This document shows, one piece after another, positions 19,500 to 30,147 of a stretch of 64,000 nt of DNA. The translations under genes and the position numbers were made by a program. Below the pieces are notes generated by a model. It was not told the origin of the DNA, ran no database searches, and saw nothing but the letters and a program-made list of their open reading frames with translations. Position 1 is the first letter of the stretch. The number at the start of each line of letters is the position of its first letter. The stretch lies in assembly GCA_965198175.1 (NCBI GenBank), contig OZ240245.1:4832001-4896000 (forward strand), read 5' to 3'. The stretch comes from Candidatus Poribacteria bacterium. Lineage in GTDB: Bacteria > Poribacteria > WGA-4E > PCPOR2b.

Positions 19500-19553
19500 A
19501 TCGCTTCCTCTCTACTCTACCGTGCAGTTAATTGAGAACAAACCCATATCCCC

Positions 19554-21041
19554 TTAAACTAGCGTAGCCACCGCCGCCTTAATCACGCGCATGAACGGTG
19601 CTGGATAGACGCCAAGCCAGACTAGAAGGAGCGTGAGGGCTGCCAGAACAACGCCACCCACCAATGACACAGAGGAAGTTGCAAAAGGCAATTCCGCAGG
19701 GGTTAGCACTGTCGTCCCCTCACCCGCTTTGTCTTCTGGGGTTCTGTACATTGCAACAACGATGCGCAGGTAATAGTACAGCCCAATAGTGCTATTCACC
19801 ACTAGCAGAACCAACAGCAGCCATAAGGCGGATCCAACACCGGCAGCCACAATGTAGAATTTCCCAACAAAGCCCGCCGTGAGGGGGATGCCAGCCAGAG
19901 ACAACAACACCGCCGTAAATATACCGGCGAGCCACGGCCGATGCCAGGCGAGTCCTCGATAATCATGAATGGCATCTGCCTCCCTATCTCCGGGGGACAA
20001 CACAGTGATAATACCAAAGGCGCCTAAGGTAGTCACAGTGTAAGCTACCAGATAGTAGGTTACCGCCGTTACCGCCATCAATTCGTCTCGCTGGAAAGCA
20101 ACAAAGGCTACCAACACATAACCCAGATGTGCAATCGAAGAGTAAGCTAAGATTCGCTTGACATTATTCTGCAGTAACGCCATCAGGTTTCCAGCAAACA
20201 TCGAAGCGATAGCGATGAGGGTAAACACCTGGAATAATGAACTGTAGGCGTCGCTGTCCGTTGTAGCGAAGTAACGCATCAGAAGAGCCACCACTGCGCC
20301 TTTGGAAGCCGTTGCTACAAAAGCCGTTACTGGCGCCGGCGCCCCCTCATACACATCCGGCGTCCATAAGTGAAAAGGCACTACTGCGAGCTTAAACCCT
20401 ATGCCGATGACCATCAGCCCCATACCGGCGAGCAACAACAAGCTATGAACATCGTCAGCAACTTCCGCTATTAGAGTGAACTCCATTGTCCCAAGTTCAG
20501 CATAAACCAGCGCCATTCCAAAGAGGAGAAACGCCGAAGAAACCGCAGCCAGCACGAGGTATTTTAGCCCCGCCTCAATACTCCGCTCATCGGTGTACAA
20601 ATAAGCGATCAAAACATAAAGGGATACGCTGAGGATTTCCAGTCCCAAGAAGAGAGATGCAAAGTGACTACTCGCAACTAACACCGCAGAACCCAACGTC
20701 GCCAGGAGCACAAGAATATAAAATTCCTCGTGATTACCTTGGCGTTTCCCAAGGTAACCGTAGGCAAGCAGGCACACAACAAAACTCACTACAAAGAGAA
20801 GCCCCATGTAGAAAAGAGCGTAAGCGTCAAGGGTGAGAAGTTGGGTTACCTCAAGCGACTGCGAAGTTGGCAGCACAGAGGATACCATTGGAAGTGCTGC
20901 AAATGCCAGGGCAAGCCCTATCAGCGTTAGAACGGCGATTGCCTTGTGATTCCGGTAGAAGGCGGTCACTAACAGAACTACGATTGAGGCAACGGATAAA
21001 ACAATGAGGGGGGTTAACGCAAAGAGATCCGTAGTCGTCAC
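19554..21041 (-). CDS. nuoN: NADH-quinone oxidoreductase subunit N
   Basis: EAGLKY, FKLAVVPFHLWTPDVYEGAP and KRILAYSSIAH. Confidence 0.95.
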   Translation of the reverse strand: MTTTDLFALTPLIVLSVASIVVLLVTAFYRNHKAIAVLTLIGLALAFAALPMVSSVLPTSQSLEVTQLLTLDAYALFYMGLLFVVSFVVCLLAYGYLGKRQGNHEEFYILVLLATLGSAVLVASSHFASLFLGLEILSVSLYVLIAYLYTDERSIEAGLKYLVLAAVSSAFLLFGMALVYAELGTMEFTLIAEVADDVHSLLLLAGMGLMVIGIGFKLAVVPFHLWTPDVYEGAPAPVTAFVATASKGAVVALLMRYFATTDSDAYSSLFQVFTLIAIASMFAGNLMALLQNNVKRILAYSSIAHLGYVLVAFVAFQRDELMAVTAVTYYLVAYTVTTLGAFGIITVLSPGDREADAIHDYRGLAWHRPWLAGIFTAVLLSLAGIPLTAGFVGKFYIVAAGVGSALWLLLVLLVVNSTIGLYYYLRIVVAMYRTPEDKAGEGTTVLTPAELPFATSSVSLVGGVVLAALTLLLVWLGVYPAPFMRVIKAAVATLV

Positions 21042-21072
21042 GAATTACCTCTTTCAGCTTGGTTAGGTGAAT

Positions 21073-22686
21073 TCACATGGTACGGGATTCAGGTGGTGAT
21101 GAATGTAGTGCTTGAATTGAATTTCGATAAACCCGTTGACTCATGAAGAATTTTTCCAACTTCATACCGTGCATCTCACGGTTTGGCAGTACCGCACTGC
21201 TTTGAGATGTTCTTTCCTGCAGTTCTTCAAGTGCGGGTTTAGTTGTGTTGAGTACCGGCTGGGGATAGAGCCCCAACCAAACGATCGCAACGATTAAAGC
21301 CAACATCATCGCCATATCACGGGCAGAAAGATCCGGCAGTTTCAAATCTTCCTGAATGGGACCGTGGAAAGCGCGCTGCATTATCCACAGGGAATATACC
21401 GTTGCAAAGACAAGGCCAACCGCTGCCAGAGCTGTCATTGTGATGTTGACTTGGTAAGCCCCCATCAGCACCAAAAACTCACCGACAAAGTTACCTAATC
21501 CGGGCAACCCAAGTGACGCCATGGCAAAAACCATCCCCACTGCACTCATACGCGGGACCGCCGCCCAAAGTCCGCCCATGCGATTCAAGTCACGAGTATG
21601 AATTCGCTCGTAAAGCGCTCCCACGAGAATAAAGAGTGCACCGGTACTGATGCCGTGACAAATCATCTGTATCACGACACCCTGTAGTGCTAACTCATTC
21701 CAAGCGAAGACGCCCAAAAGTACAAAACCCATGTGGCTGACGCTCGTGTACGCCACAAGTCGCTTCAGGTCAGTTTGCGCGAAGGCGAGGATGGCGCCAT
21801 ACAAAATGCCAATCACTGCCAACAACATCGCTATGGGAGCAAATTCACGGGCAGCTTCGGGAAACAACGGCACCGCGAAGCGCAGCAGTCCATAGGCACC
21901 CGTCTTCAACAAAAGCCCCGCGAGAATAACGCTGCCAGCAGTGGGCGCTTCGGTGTGCGCATCAGGCAACCAACTATGTACCGGAAAGGCTGGCAGTTTC
22001 ACAACGAATGCGATAAGGAAACCCAGCATCAACCACTTCGCCGTAGGCGCTGATATCGAGTTGTTAAGCAACTCGGTATAATCAAACGTATAGGTGCCGC
22101 TGTTACTTCCGTGGATGAAATACAACCCCAAAATCGCCAACAGCATTAGCAAGCCGCTCGCCTGCGTAAAGATAAAGAACTTCACCGCCGCGTAGATACG
22201 ATTCTCGTGTCCCCAGATACCAATTAAGAAATACATCGGTATCAACATCATTTCCCAGAAGAAATAGAAGAGCACAAGATCCAGCGCGAGGAACACGCCC
22301 ATAATCCCCGACAGAATCCACATCAGGTTAAAGTGGAAAAAGCCAACTCGCTCCTTAATCTCGGTCCACGAGGCACCCACACTCACAATCCCCAAGAAAA
22401 CAGTGAGCGCGATCATCACAAGGCTCAGACCGTCCATACCCAGATGAAAGCGGATTTCGCCTTCGTGAATGGGAATCCATGGTACATCCAACTCAACCAA
22501 CCATTCCGAATCGCTGGATAACGCAACCTGATCAGAATGCTGCGTCCATAGAACCAATACTAACACCAAGTCTATCGCTAGAGCAAGCAGGCAAATCCAG
22601 CGCGGTAATGAAGAATTTTGGCGAGCCAAAATCCACGCCAGAACCCCCCCGATAAGTGGGATGACAATGATCCACGTTAATATCAT
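21073..22686 (-). CDS. nuoM: NADH-quinone oxidoreductase subunit M
   Basis: FFWEMMLIPMY, WLPDAHTEAPTAGS and KRLVAYTSVSHMG. Confidence 0.95.
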   Translation of the reverse strand: MILTWIIVIPLIGGVLAWILARQNSSLPRWICLLALAIDLVLVLVLWTQHSDQVALSSDSEWLVELDVPWIPIHEGEIRFHLGMDGLSLVMIALTVFLGIVSVGASWTEIKERVGFFHFNLMWILSGIMGVFLALDLVLFYFFWEMMLIPMYFLIGIWGHENRIYAAVKFFIFTQASGLLMLLAILGLYFIHGSNSGTYTFDYTELLNNSISAPTAKWLMLGFLIAFVVKLPAFPVHSWLPDAHTEAPTAGSVILAGLLLKTGAYGLLRFAVPLFPEAAREFAPIAMLLAVIGILYGAILAFAQTDLKRLVAYTSVSHMGFVLLGVFAWNELALQGVVIQMICHGISTGALFILVGALYERIHTRDLNRMGGLWAAVPRMSAVGMVFAMASLGLPGLGNFVGEFLVLMGAYQVNITMTALAAVGLVFATVYSLWIMQRAFHGPIQEDLKLPDLSARDMAMMLALIVAIVWLGLYPQPVLNTTKPALEELQERTSQSSAVLPNREMHGMKLEKFFMSQRVYRNSIQALHSSPPESRTM

Positions 22687-22758
22687 AGGCAAACACCAAT
22701 TACGGATTGATCAGATTGGTTCAATTCAGGAAACACGGAATACATACATGCTGGGTAT

Positions 22759-22813
22759 TAGGCTCTGCTGACATTTCAACGGAACCTCCTTCATCTCGTT
22801 GACGAACCATTCA
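22759..22813. mobile_element. scar of an IS5-family element related to the IS at 5297-6116
   Basis: 22761-22786 matches IS 5297-5322 at 23/26 nt and is preceded by TA; 22793-22813 matches IS 5409-5429 at 18/21 nt. Confidence 0.8.
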
Positions 22814-22820
22814 TTCGTAT

Positions 22821-24728
22821 TTAAGACAACACAACGAATGCAAGGATGACGACGGCACCAAAGGCGATTCCCACCGCATACCATCGTACACGCCCGGTTT
22901 GCGTCAGACACAGTATAAAATGGAAAATCTGGATAATTCCTGCGAACAGGCGATAGATGAAGTCGATGAAGTCATTCTTGTTGATGCGAGCCGCCCAGAC
23001 CACAGGTTGGACAAAAAGCTTGTCGTATAGCCAGTCAAAGCCCCATCCAGCAAACCAAAAGCGGTGCACAACAGAACCGACGGATGAGCGTGCAATTCTC
23101 TCCGCGGGCGCTCGATTGCGCAGGAAGAACACATACGCCAAGGCTATGCCGACGATTGAAACGACAACAGCGATGCCCTGTAGTGTCAATTCCATCGCTG
23201 CTTTGCTATGTCCACCATGTTCAACTGAGGCAGCCAATGGGAATGCAGACTGCATGAACTTCGAGAATGGTTGCCAGTTTCCCCATGCATGAGGTAGTTC
23301 GATTAAGCCTCCGATAATCGCTAACGCCGCCAGAATAGTTAGCGGAATCTTCATGAAGGCACCCGGCTTCTTGACGACATGACCTTTCGCCTCACCAAAG
23401 AAGGCGATGAATACCAAGCGGAAAGAGTAAATCGCAGTGAGTAGTGCACCCCCTATTCCGACTATATAGAGCCATGGTTGATGCGCTGACCAGACCTTCC
23501 AGAGAATCAAATCTTTACTGTAGAAACCAGCGGTAATGAATGGAAAACCTGCTAGAGCAGCGGCGCCGACAACAAACGTCTTCGACGTTACAGGAAGTTC
23601 ACGCCACAAGCCCCCCATGTTAAAGATGTCCTGTTCATGATGAAGTGCCAATATCACCACGCCAGCGCCGAGGAAGAGGAGCGCTTTGAAAAAAGCGTGG
23701 GTCATAAAGTGGAACATAGCAGCAGACCAAGCGCCTACCCCGAGCGCGAGGAACATGAAGCCGATTTGACTGATGGTAGAGTATGCCAAAATTCGCTTCA
23801 TATCCCGCTGCGTCAGCGCGCTACATCCCGCAACAAACAGCGTTATCGTTCCAATTAGCGCCACAGCGAACTGTACCGATGGCGCCAGTTCAAAAAGTAC
23901 ATACGTGCGAGCAATAAGATAGACACCCGCGGTCACCATTGTCGCTGCGTGGATAAGCGCACTCACGGGTGTTGGACCTGCCATCGCATCAGGCAGCCAC
24001 GTCTGTAGCGGAAGTTGACCCGATTTACCCAGTGCTCCGCCCAGAAGCAGCGCCGCCGCCGCAACAGCTAAACCGGAACCTTCCATCCACTGTGACTTCG
24101 CCAACGCCAAAATGCCTCCATCGCCGTGGAGGTTTAGCGTTCCCAAGTGGGCAAAAAGAAGAAAAAGACCAAGCGCCATCGCCGTGTCACCGACGCGGGT
24201 AATCGTGAACGCTTTCCGAGCTGCGAGCCCATTGGCAGGGTCTTTATACCAGAAACCAATCAACAGGTAACTACAGAGACCGACCCCCTCCCAACCGAGA
24301 TAGAGCAGTATCAGATTATCGGCGAGTACCAACGTCAACATCGAGCCGACGAACAGATTCATGTATGCGAAGAAGCGGCTGTATCCATCCTCGTCAATCA
24401 TATACTCGGTCGAATACAGGTGGATAAGGAAACCAACGACCGTTACAACCAGGGTCATAAGCAGCGAGAGCGCATCCAGATGAAAGGTTATTCCCGGCGC
24501 AAAACTGCCGACCTCCATCCACGTCCAGAGAGTTTGTGAAAAAGCATTGCCCGGCGGTGGTGAACTCATAAAGCTAAAGCCAACCAGCAAAGACACTACC
24601 GCTGATATCCCTATTGAACCGACGCCGATAGTTGCTATTCCAGCGCGTGAAAGTCGAGAGCCTATTAACACCAACACCAAGAAACTGACAAAAGGCAGAA
24701 TAGGAATCAGCCACAATAGTTCCAGCAT
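22821..24728 (-). CDS. nuoL: NADH-quinone oxidoreductase subunit L
   Basis: GWEGVGLCSYLLIGFW and GKSGQLPLQTWLPDAMAGPTPVSALIHAATMV. Confidence 0.95.
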   Translation of the reverse strand: MLELLWLIPILPFVSFLVLVLIGSRLSRAGIATIGVGSIGISAVVSLLVGFSFMSSPPPGNAFSQTLWTWMEVGSFAPGITFHLDALSLLMTLVVTVVGFLIHLYSTEYMIDEDGYSRFFAYMNLFVGSMLTLVLADNLILLYLGWEGVGLCSYLLIGFWYKDPANGLAARKAFTITRVGDTAMALGLFLLFAHLGTLNLHGDGGILALAKSQWMEGSGLAVAAAALLLGGALGKSGQLPLQTWLPDAMAGPTPVSALIHAATMVTAGVYLIARTYVLFELAPSVQFAVALIGTITLFVAGCSALTQRDMKRILAYSTISQIGFMFLALGVGAWSAAMFHFMTHAFFKALLFLGAGVVILALHHEQDIFNMGGLWRELPVTSKTFVVGAAALAGFPFITAGFYSKDLILWKVWSAHQPWLYIVGIGGALLTAIYSFRLVFIAFFGEAKGHVVKKPGAFMKIPLTILAALAIIGGLIELPHAWGNWQPFSKFMQSAFPLAASVEHGGHSKAAMELTLQGIAVVVSIVGIALAYVFFLRNRAPAERIARSSVGSVVHRFWFAGWGFDWLYDKLFVQPVVWAARINKNDFIDFIYRLFAGIIQIFHFILCLTQTGRVRWYAVGIAFGAVVILAFVVLS

Positions 24729-24729
24729 A

Positions 24730-25038
24730 TTACCCTCGCATCCTGCTCGCTGCGTCGACATCCAGCGTCTTGAAACGGTGGTACAGTTGAAGAACCAACG
24801 CTAAACCGACAGCTACTTCTGCTGCCGCCATTGTCAGGATGAATATAAACATCACCTGACCATCCGCCGTTCCCCATTTAGAACCTGCAACGACAAAAGC
24901 TAACCCCGATGCGTTCAGCATGACCTCAATCGACATAAGGATGAAAATAATATTCCGGCGCACAAGGACACCAATCAGCCCTAAAGTAAAGAGAACACCT
25001 GCCAAGATTAATCCATGTTCCATAGAAACTGAAGCCAT
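24730..25038 (-). CDS. nuoK: NADH-quinone oxidoreductase subunit K
   Basis: [17 protein letters not shown] and [11 protein letters not shown]. Confidence 0.95.
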   Translation of the reverse strand: MASVSMEHGLILAGVLFTLGLIGVLVRRNIIFILMSIEVMLNASGLAFVVAGSKWGTADGQVMFIFILTMAAAEVAVGLALVLQLYHRFKTLDVDAASRMRG

Positions 25039-25550
25039 TACGATTCCCCCTCCTCGCTTGTATCGCGCCGCCCGAGATGATAAGCGCCGACGAGTCCTGC
25101 TAGCAGCAGTATAGACGCCAGTTCAACACCCAGCAGATAGGTGCCGAAGAGGGACAGCCCCACCTGTTTCGCACCTACGGGTTCACCCATTATAGGTTCG
25201 CCACCACCGCCGGTGAAAATCGCATAGCCTAACTCAACCATTAGGATGGCTGCCAAAATTGCCGGTCCTATCAACATCTGCGGCTTTAGCCATTGACGCT
25301 CCTGCTGGGTTGCCCGCGCGCCCAAGTTCAACATCATGACCACGAAAATAAAGAGCACCATAATGGCGCCGGCGTAGACGATTACTTCCAACGCCGCAAC
25401 AAAGGGAGCCCCAAGCGAAAAAAAGATTACTGCCATGGCTAACAGTGACACGATTAAGTAAAGCAGCGCATGTACGATATTGCGCCGGGTGATGACCATA
25501 ACAGTCGAGGTAACAGTGATTACAGCGGATATCCAGAATACAACGGTCAT
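25038..25550 (-). CDS. nuoJ: NADH-quinone oxidoreductase subunit J
   Basis: [17 protein letters not shown]. Confidence 0.95.
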   Translation of the reverse strand: MTVVFWISAVITVTSTVMVITRRNIVHALLYLIVSLLAMAVIFFSLGAPFVAALEVIVYAGAIMVLFIFVVMMLNLGARATQQERQWLKPQMLIGPAILAAILMVELGYAIFTGGGGEPIMGEPVGAKQVGLSLFGTYLLGVELASILLLAGLVGAYHLGRRDTSEEGES

Positions 25551-25611
25551 ATGTTTTCCATTCTGTGAATCGCGCTTTACGCAGCGACCAGGATTTTCAC
25601 GTTATCGCGCA

Positions 25612-26127
25612 CTATGGCATGAGACTATGCACATCCACAGGCGGGTCTTCGTTCTCTGCGTCACCCTTATCTTTCCCGCCAATTGCCAAACCGGCGAACC
25701 GATAGAAGTTGTAGTCGGGATACTTGCCGGGGCCATTGATTAACAAATCTTCCTTCTCGTAGACCAGGTCCTGCCGATTGTATTCAGCCATCTCAAAATC
25801 CGGAGTGAGTTGGATGGCATACGTGGGACATGCCTCCTCACAAAAGCCGCAGAAAATACAGCGCGAGAAGTTAATACGGAAGAAATCAGGATAACGTCTA
25901 CCATGATTATCTTCCGTTGCCTGTAGAGAGATGCAGTCAACAGGACATGCCACTGCACAGAGATAGCAGGCAACACAACGTTCCTCACCATCGGGGTCTT
26001 GGGTAAGAACAATACGGCCTCTCCACCGCGGCGGCAAATTCGGCTTTTCATCAGGGTACTGAATTGTCACTCGTCTCCGAAACATGTGTAAGAAGACAAG
26101 CCAGATACTTCTAAACAAGCTAAACAT
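25612..26127 (-). CDS. nuoI: NADH-quinone oxidoreductase subunit I
   Basis: Two CxxCxxCxxxCP motifs. Confidence 0.95.
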   Translation of the reverse strand: MFSLFRSIWLVFLHMFRRRVTIQYPDEKPNLPPRWRGRIVLTQDPDGEERCVACYLCAVACPVDCISLQATEDNHGRRYPDFFRINFSRCIFCGFCEEACPTYAIQLTPDFEMAEYNRQDLVYEKEDLLINGPGKYPDYNFYRFAGLAIGGKDKGDAENEDPPVDVHSLMP

Positions 26128-26298
26128 GATGTTTCCCCGTCACATATTGCTTAAAGCACGATATGTAAACCGCAATCGTGATATCTGATTCTCTACCGTC
26201 GAATTTGCCAAGTTAAACCATGTTGAGAATCCAACGGCTTCGTTCTCGGCGTAAAATGGGTCTACTTCTGATTGCGCGCGATTTTACAGATTAGTTTA

Positions 26299-27255
26299 CT
26301 AGCCAACTGCTAGTATAATTCCACCGGTGACAATCAGATTCAACAATGCCAGTGGAAGCATCACCTTCCATCCGTAAGCCATAAGTTGATCGTAGCGTGG
26401 ACGTGGAAGGGAGGCGCGGAGCAAAATGAAAAAACAGATGAAGACGAATGTTTTTAGAATGAACCAGACAATCGGATGAAGGAAGTTAGGCCCCAGCCAC
26501 CCGCCAAAGAACAGCGTCGCTATAAGCGCAGAGATGAGCGTGACGCCAAGGTACTCACCGACGAAAAACATGCCAAACTTCATCCCGGAATATTCAGAGT
26601 GATACCCCGCTACTAATTCGCTCTCTGCCTCCGGCAAGTCAAACGGCAACCGGTGTGTCTCGGCAATGCCGGCAACCATGAAAACGATAAGGCCAAGAAT
26701 TTGGGGAATGCAAAACCACAGTCCCTCTTGTGCTTTAACAATCTCACGCAGATTAAACGAACCTGCCATCATAACGACGCCCATGAGCGACAGACCCATA
26801 AAGACTTCGTAACTCAACATCTGCGCCGCAGCCCGCATACCTCCGAGGAGAGAGTATTTGTTGTTTGAAGCCCAACCGGCTAACACCACGCTGTAAACGC
26901 CCATAGACGACATCGCTAAGAAAAACAGTAGACCGATATTGAGATCCACAACCCAGATGCCCGGTGAAAATGGGATGACAGCGAACGACATCAGTACCGC
27001 CGTGACAATTACTGCCGGAGCCAAGACAAACACCGGTCTATCGGCAAATGGCGGCACCCAATCTTCTTTGCTGAAGATCTTAATCATATCCGCAAGAACC
27101 TGTAAGAGTCCGAAAGGTCCGACGCGGTTGGGGCCATACCGATCCTGCCAAAGCGCCAGCAGCCGCCGCTCTAACCAGATAAGTAGAGCAGCAGTGTTCA
27201 CCACAACAAATAAAATACCAACCGTGATAATGAGCGGGTAAATACTTGGGTCCAT
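26299..27255 (-). CDS. nuoH: NADH-quinone oxidoreductase subunit H
   Basis: [11 protein letters not shown] and [21 protein letters not shown]. Confidence 0.95.
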   Translation of the reverse strand: MDPSIYPLIITVGILFVVVNTAALLIWLERRLLALWQDRYGPNRVGPFGLLQVLADMIKIFSKEDWVPPFADRPVFVLAPAVIVTAVLMSFAVIPFSPGIWVVDLNIGLLFFLAMSSMGVYSVVLAGWASNNKYSLLGGMRAAAQMLSYEVFMGLSLMGVVMMAGSFNLREIVKAQEGLWFCIPQILGLIVFMVAGIAETHRLPFDLPEAESELVAGYHSEYSGMKFGMFFVGEYLGVTLISALIATLFFGGWLGPNFLHPIVWFILKTFVFICFFILLRASLPRPRYDQLMAYGWKVMLPLALLNLIVTGGIILAVG

Positions 27256-27360
27256 ATTGTGCAGTTCACTAGTAGAACGATAAAATTACAAGAGATTGTG
27301 GAAAATTTTGATACATGATGGTCTCTAATCGTCCTCTGATGGCGGCTTAAATCTTGAATT

Positions 27361-30090
27361 TTATTTCTTTACGCGACTCCACGCTGGCAAGGTAATCCCA
27401 CACAGTTCTGGCAAACCGACAGGTAACCCAGCAGTTCCTTCAGGTAACGTTGACGACAACTTGACAGGCAACCGTTTGGCAACGCCGTCTAAGGTGATTT
27501 CAACAACCTCTCCATCACCCACCTGAAGGCTAGCAGCGGTACTTGGGTTGAGCGCCAGGTAAGGTTGCGGCGACCGCTCGGCGACTGCCGGCGATAGGAT
27601 GCTCAACTCATCCGATCCGAAAATGTGATAAAGCGCGACAATCAACAACTCCCCGTCGCGCGGTTCAAACGAATCAGGAACATCGTTGAAGTAGTCGGGT
27701 TGCGAATTTTGCGAGGGTTCAATGAGGCGCCGACCGGGGTCGCCGCCATGCAAGTGCCCTCCTACTTCAATCTGGAATTTGTTTATCGCCTGGGGCGAAT
27801 TCCAGCCCGGCGACCAGAAGCGTGAGATTAAGGCAGAAGGCGGTGCACCCGTGTAGCCTTCCATTGAGAAGGAAAAAGGTGAATCCGGATCCTCCGGTGG
27901 TTTGGGTTCGTTGACATTCACATCTGCCAACTCTGATGTCCGTCCACTGTGCCGGGGAGACTGACGCGGTATCTTCTGGCCCACAACACGAAATCCTGCA
28001 GGCGGGGCAATCTCTGGAATGGCTTCAAAAATCGGGTAGGCTTGCGCCAATGCCGTGGTGATGTTATCCAGATTTTCCCAAGCTGGCGTCTCAAGTTGAC
28101 CTGCTGCTCCCATCAATTCTTGCAGCCACCTCCAACTCTCCTGTTCATCACCAGACGGAACAAACACTTGATAAAAACGCTGTGCGCGTCCCCCACTGTT
28201 TACGAGTGTGCCATCCGACTCCGCGAAGGTCCCCGCGGGGAGCACCACTTCAGCTTTTTCTGTCGTACAGTGGGTTAGATGCTCGATAGCGATGACATGC
28301 TTGGCTGTAGCGAGGAGTGAATCTACTGATGTGGCTTCCGCTCGTCGATAGAGGTCGTTTTCCAAGATAATGACAGTATCTACTTCGATCGCCTGCACTG
28401 CCTCAATTGCGGCATTGACATCGCGTTCCGCCATGAGTCTGACACCCATGCTATTGCATTCGGGTACCACAAAATAAACCTCTCCTACTCGCCCATCTTG
28501 GCACAACGCCCATGAAACGTTCGCCGCAGCCTGCATAACCGCTTCGCTGCCACAACTGGTCCCCGAGATAACGAGTGGGCGCTTAGATGCTTTCAGTGCT
28601 TGTGCGATACTATCGGCGAGTTGACTGACGGTGTCCGATAAGTCAGTAACGGAAGGTGCATCAGGGTCAAGCGCATGGGCAACGGCAAACCCCAATCGTG
28701 CTAAATCGTCGGGTGCCGCACGGTAAGTTTGGGTGGCAATAGTGTCCAGTTTTGTCGAGTTTGGCGTTGCAATGAAAAGCGGGCCCTTTTCATCTTGAAC
28801 AAGTTCTCGCACCGATGCATCATCCCACTCTGGAATTCTAAGCGCAGCCGCACGCTCGATAGGTTTTCGACGCACCGATTGTTTAACCGCCAAATCCAGC
28901 AGCGGGGCTGTGTTCGTCAAATCTTCACCGATCACAAACACCGCATCCGCCGATTCTACTTCCCGAAGCGAGGGTGTACGCGCAGGTCCCTCTTCAAGAA
29001 TCTGGATTGCGCTTGCAACGAGTCGGGAATCGTTCGCGGACATGCCGTTGTAGAATCGATCCGCGCCCACCAGCGTACGCAATGCAAAATTGGCTTCTAG
29101 CGAAGCACGCGGCGATCCAATCCCAATCATCTTCGCCCCATTCGATAGAAAGCTCGCGATCTTATCGCCTACAGCCGCTGGAGCGCTCGATTCTAAGTCG
29201 CCTCGATCATTGCGAAGCAGGGACTGACGTATGCGCTGGTCGCTATTCACAAAATCGTAGCCGAATCGCCCGCGGTCACACAAGAAATAGCCGTTGACCT
29301 CTCCGTTGTATCGACTAAGAATCGTCCGGATTTCGCCGTGACGCTCGCCGGGGATGGTGTTGCAGCCAAGTCCACAATGTACACAGACGGAGGGCGCTGT
29401 CTGGAGGTCCCACTTGCGCGTATAGTGTTCCTTGTACGTCTTGTCGGTAAAAACGCCGGTGGGACACACCTCAACCAAGTTGCCGCTAAACTCGCTTTCC
29501 AACACGCCATCCTCGAAGCGGCCAAAATACACCTCACCGCGCAACGCCAGCGTTGTCAGGTCATCGCCGCCGCCGTAATCCCGATAGAAGCGCACACATC
29601 GATAACAAGCAATACAACGATTCATCTCATGGTTGATAAAGGGACCAAGGTATTGATTCCGGTGGGTGCGCTTTTTGAATCGGTAGCGCCGATAGTTGTG
29701 TCCTGTCATCATCGTCATATCCTGTAGATGACAACTCCCGCCCTCATCGCACACCGGACAATCGTGCGGGTGATTGACCATCAGCCATTCGATAACGCTC
29801 TCTCGAAAATGTCCCGCCTCTTCATCCTCAATGGAAATACGTGTCTCATTAAGCGGAGGAATGAGGCTTTTGGAATTCACCGGCGTCATACAAGCCATAA
29901 CTATCTTGCCGCGTGTATCCTCTTCATCGCGAAATTGCTTTATGGCACACTGACGGCACGCGCCAACTGAACCCAATGCAGGATGCCAGCAAAAATAGGG
30001 GAGATTTAGCCCTAAAGAAAGCACCGCTTGCAGCAAATTCTGGTCATCGGCAACTTCATAAGGTTTATTGTCAATGTAAATTGTAGCCAT
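27361..30090 (-). CDS. nuoG: NADH-quinone oxidoreductase subunit G
   Basis: FCWHP..GACRQC, HPHDCPVC, CIACYRC and an N7-type CVHCGLGC...C motif. Confidence 0.95.
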   Translation of the reverse strand: MATIYIDNKPYEVADDQNLLQAVLSLGLNLPYFCWHPALGSVGACRQCAIKQFRDEEDTRGKIVMACMTPVNSKSLIPPLNETRISIEDEEAGHFRESVIEWLMVNHPHDCPVCDEGGSCHLQDMTMMTGHNYRRYRFKKRTHRNQYLGPFINHEMNRCIACYRCVRFYRDYGGGDDLTTLALRGEVYFGRFEDGVLESEFSGNLVEVCPTGVFTDKTYKEHYTRKWDLQTAPSVCVHCGLGCNTIPGERHGEIRTILSRYNGEVNGYFLCDRGRFGYDFVNSDQRIRQSLLRNDRGDLESSAPAAVGDKIASFLSNGAKMIGIGSPRASLEANFALRTLVGADRFYNGMSANDSRLVASAIQILEEGPARTPSLREVESADAVFVIGEDLTNTAPLLDLAVKQSVRRKPIERAAALRIPEWDDASVRELVQDEKGPLFIATPNSTKLDTIATQTYRAAPDDLARLGFAVAHALDPDAPSVTDLSDTVSQLADSIAQALKASKRPLVISGTSCGSEAVMQAAANVSWALCQDGRVGEVYFVVPECNSMGVRLMAERDVNAAIEAVQAIEVDTVIILENDLYRRAEATSVDSLLATAKHVIAIEHLTHCTTEKAEVVLPAGTFAESDGTLVNSGGRAQRFYQVFVPSGDEQESWRWLQELMGAAGQLETPAWENLDNITTALAQAYPIFEAIPEIAPPAGFRVVGQKIPRQSPRHSGRTSELADVNVNEPKPPEDPDSPFSFSMEGYTGAPPSALISRFWSPGWNSPQAINKFQIEVGGHLHGGDPGRRLIEPSQNSQPDYFNDVPDSFEPRDGELLIVALYHIFGSDELSILSPAVAERSPQPYLALNPSTAASLQVGDGEVVEITLDGVAKRLPVKLSSTLPEGTAGLPVGLPELCGITLPAWSRVKK

Positions 30091-30147
30091 TATCGTTTCT
30101 TCAAATCGGTTTAGGAATTTAGAAAGGAATGTATCACCTGTTAGGCA

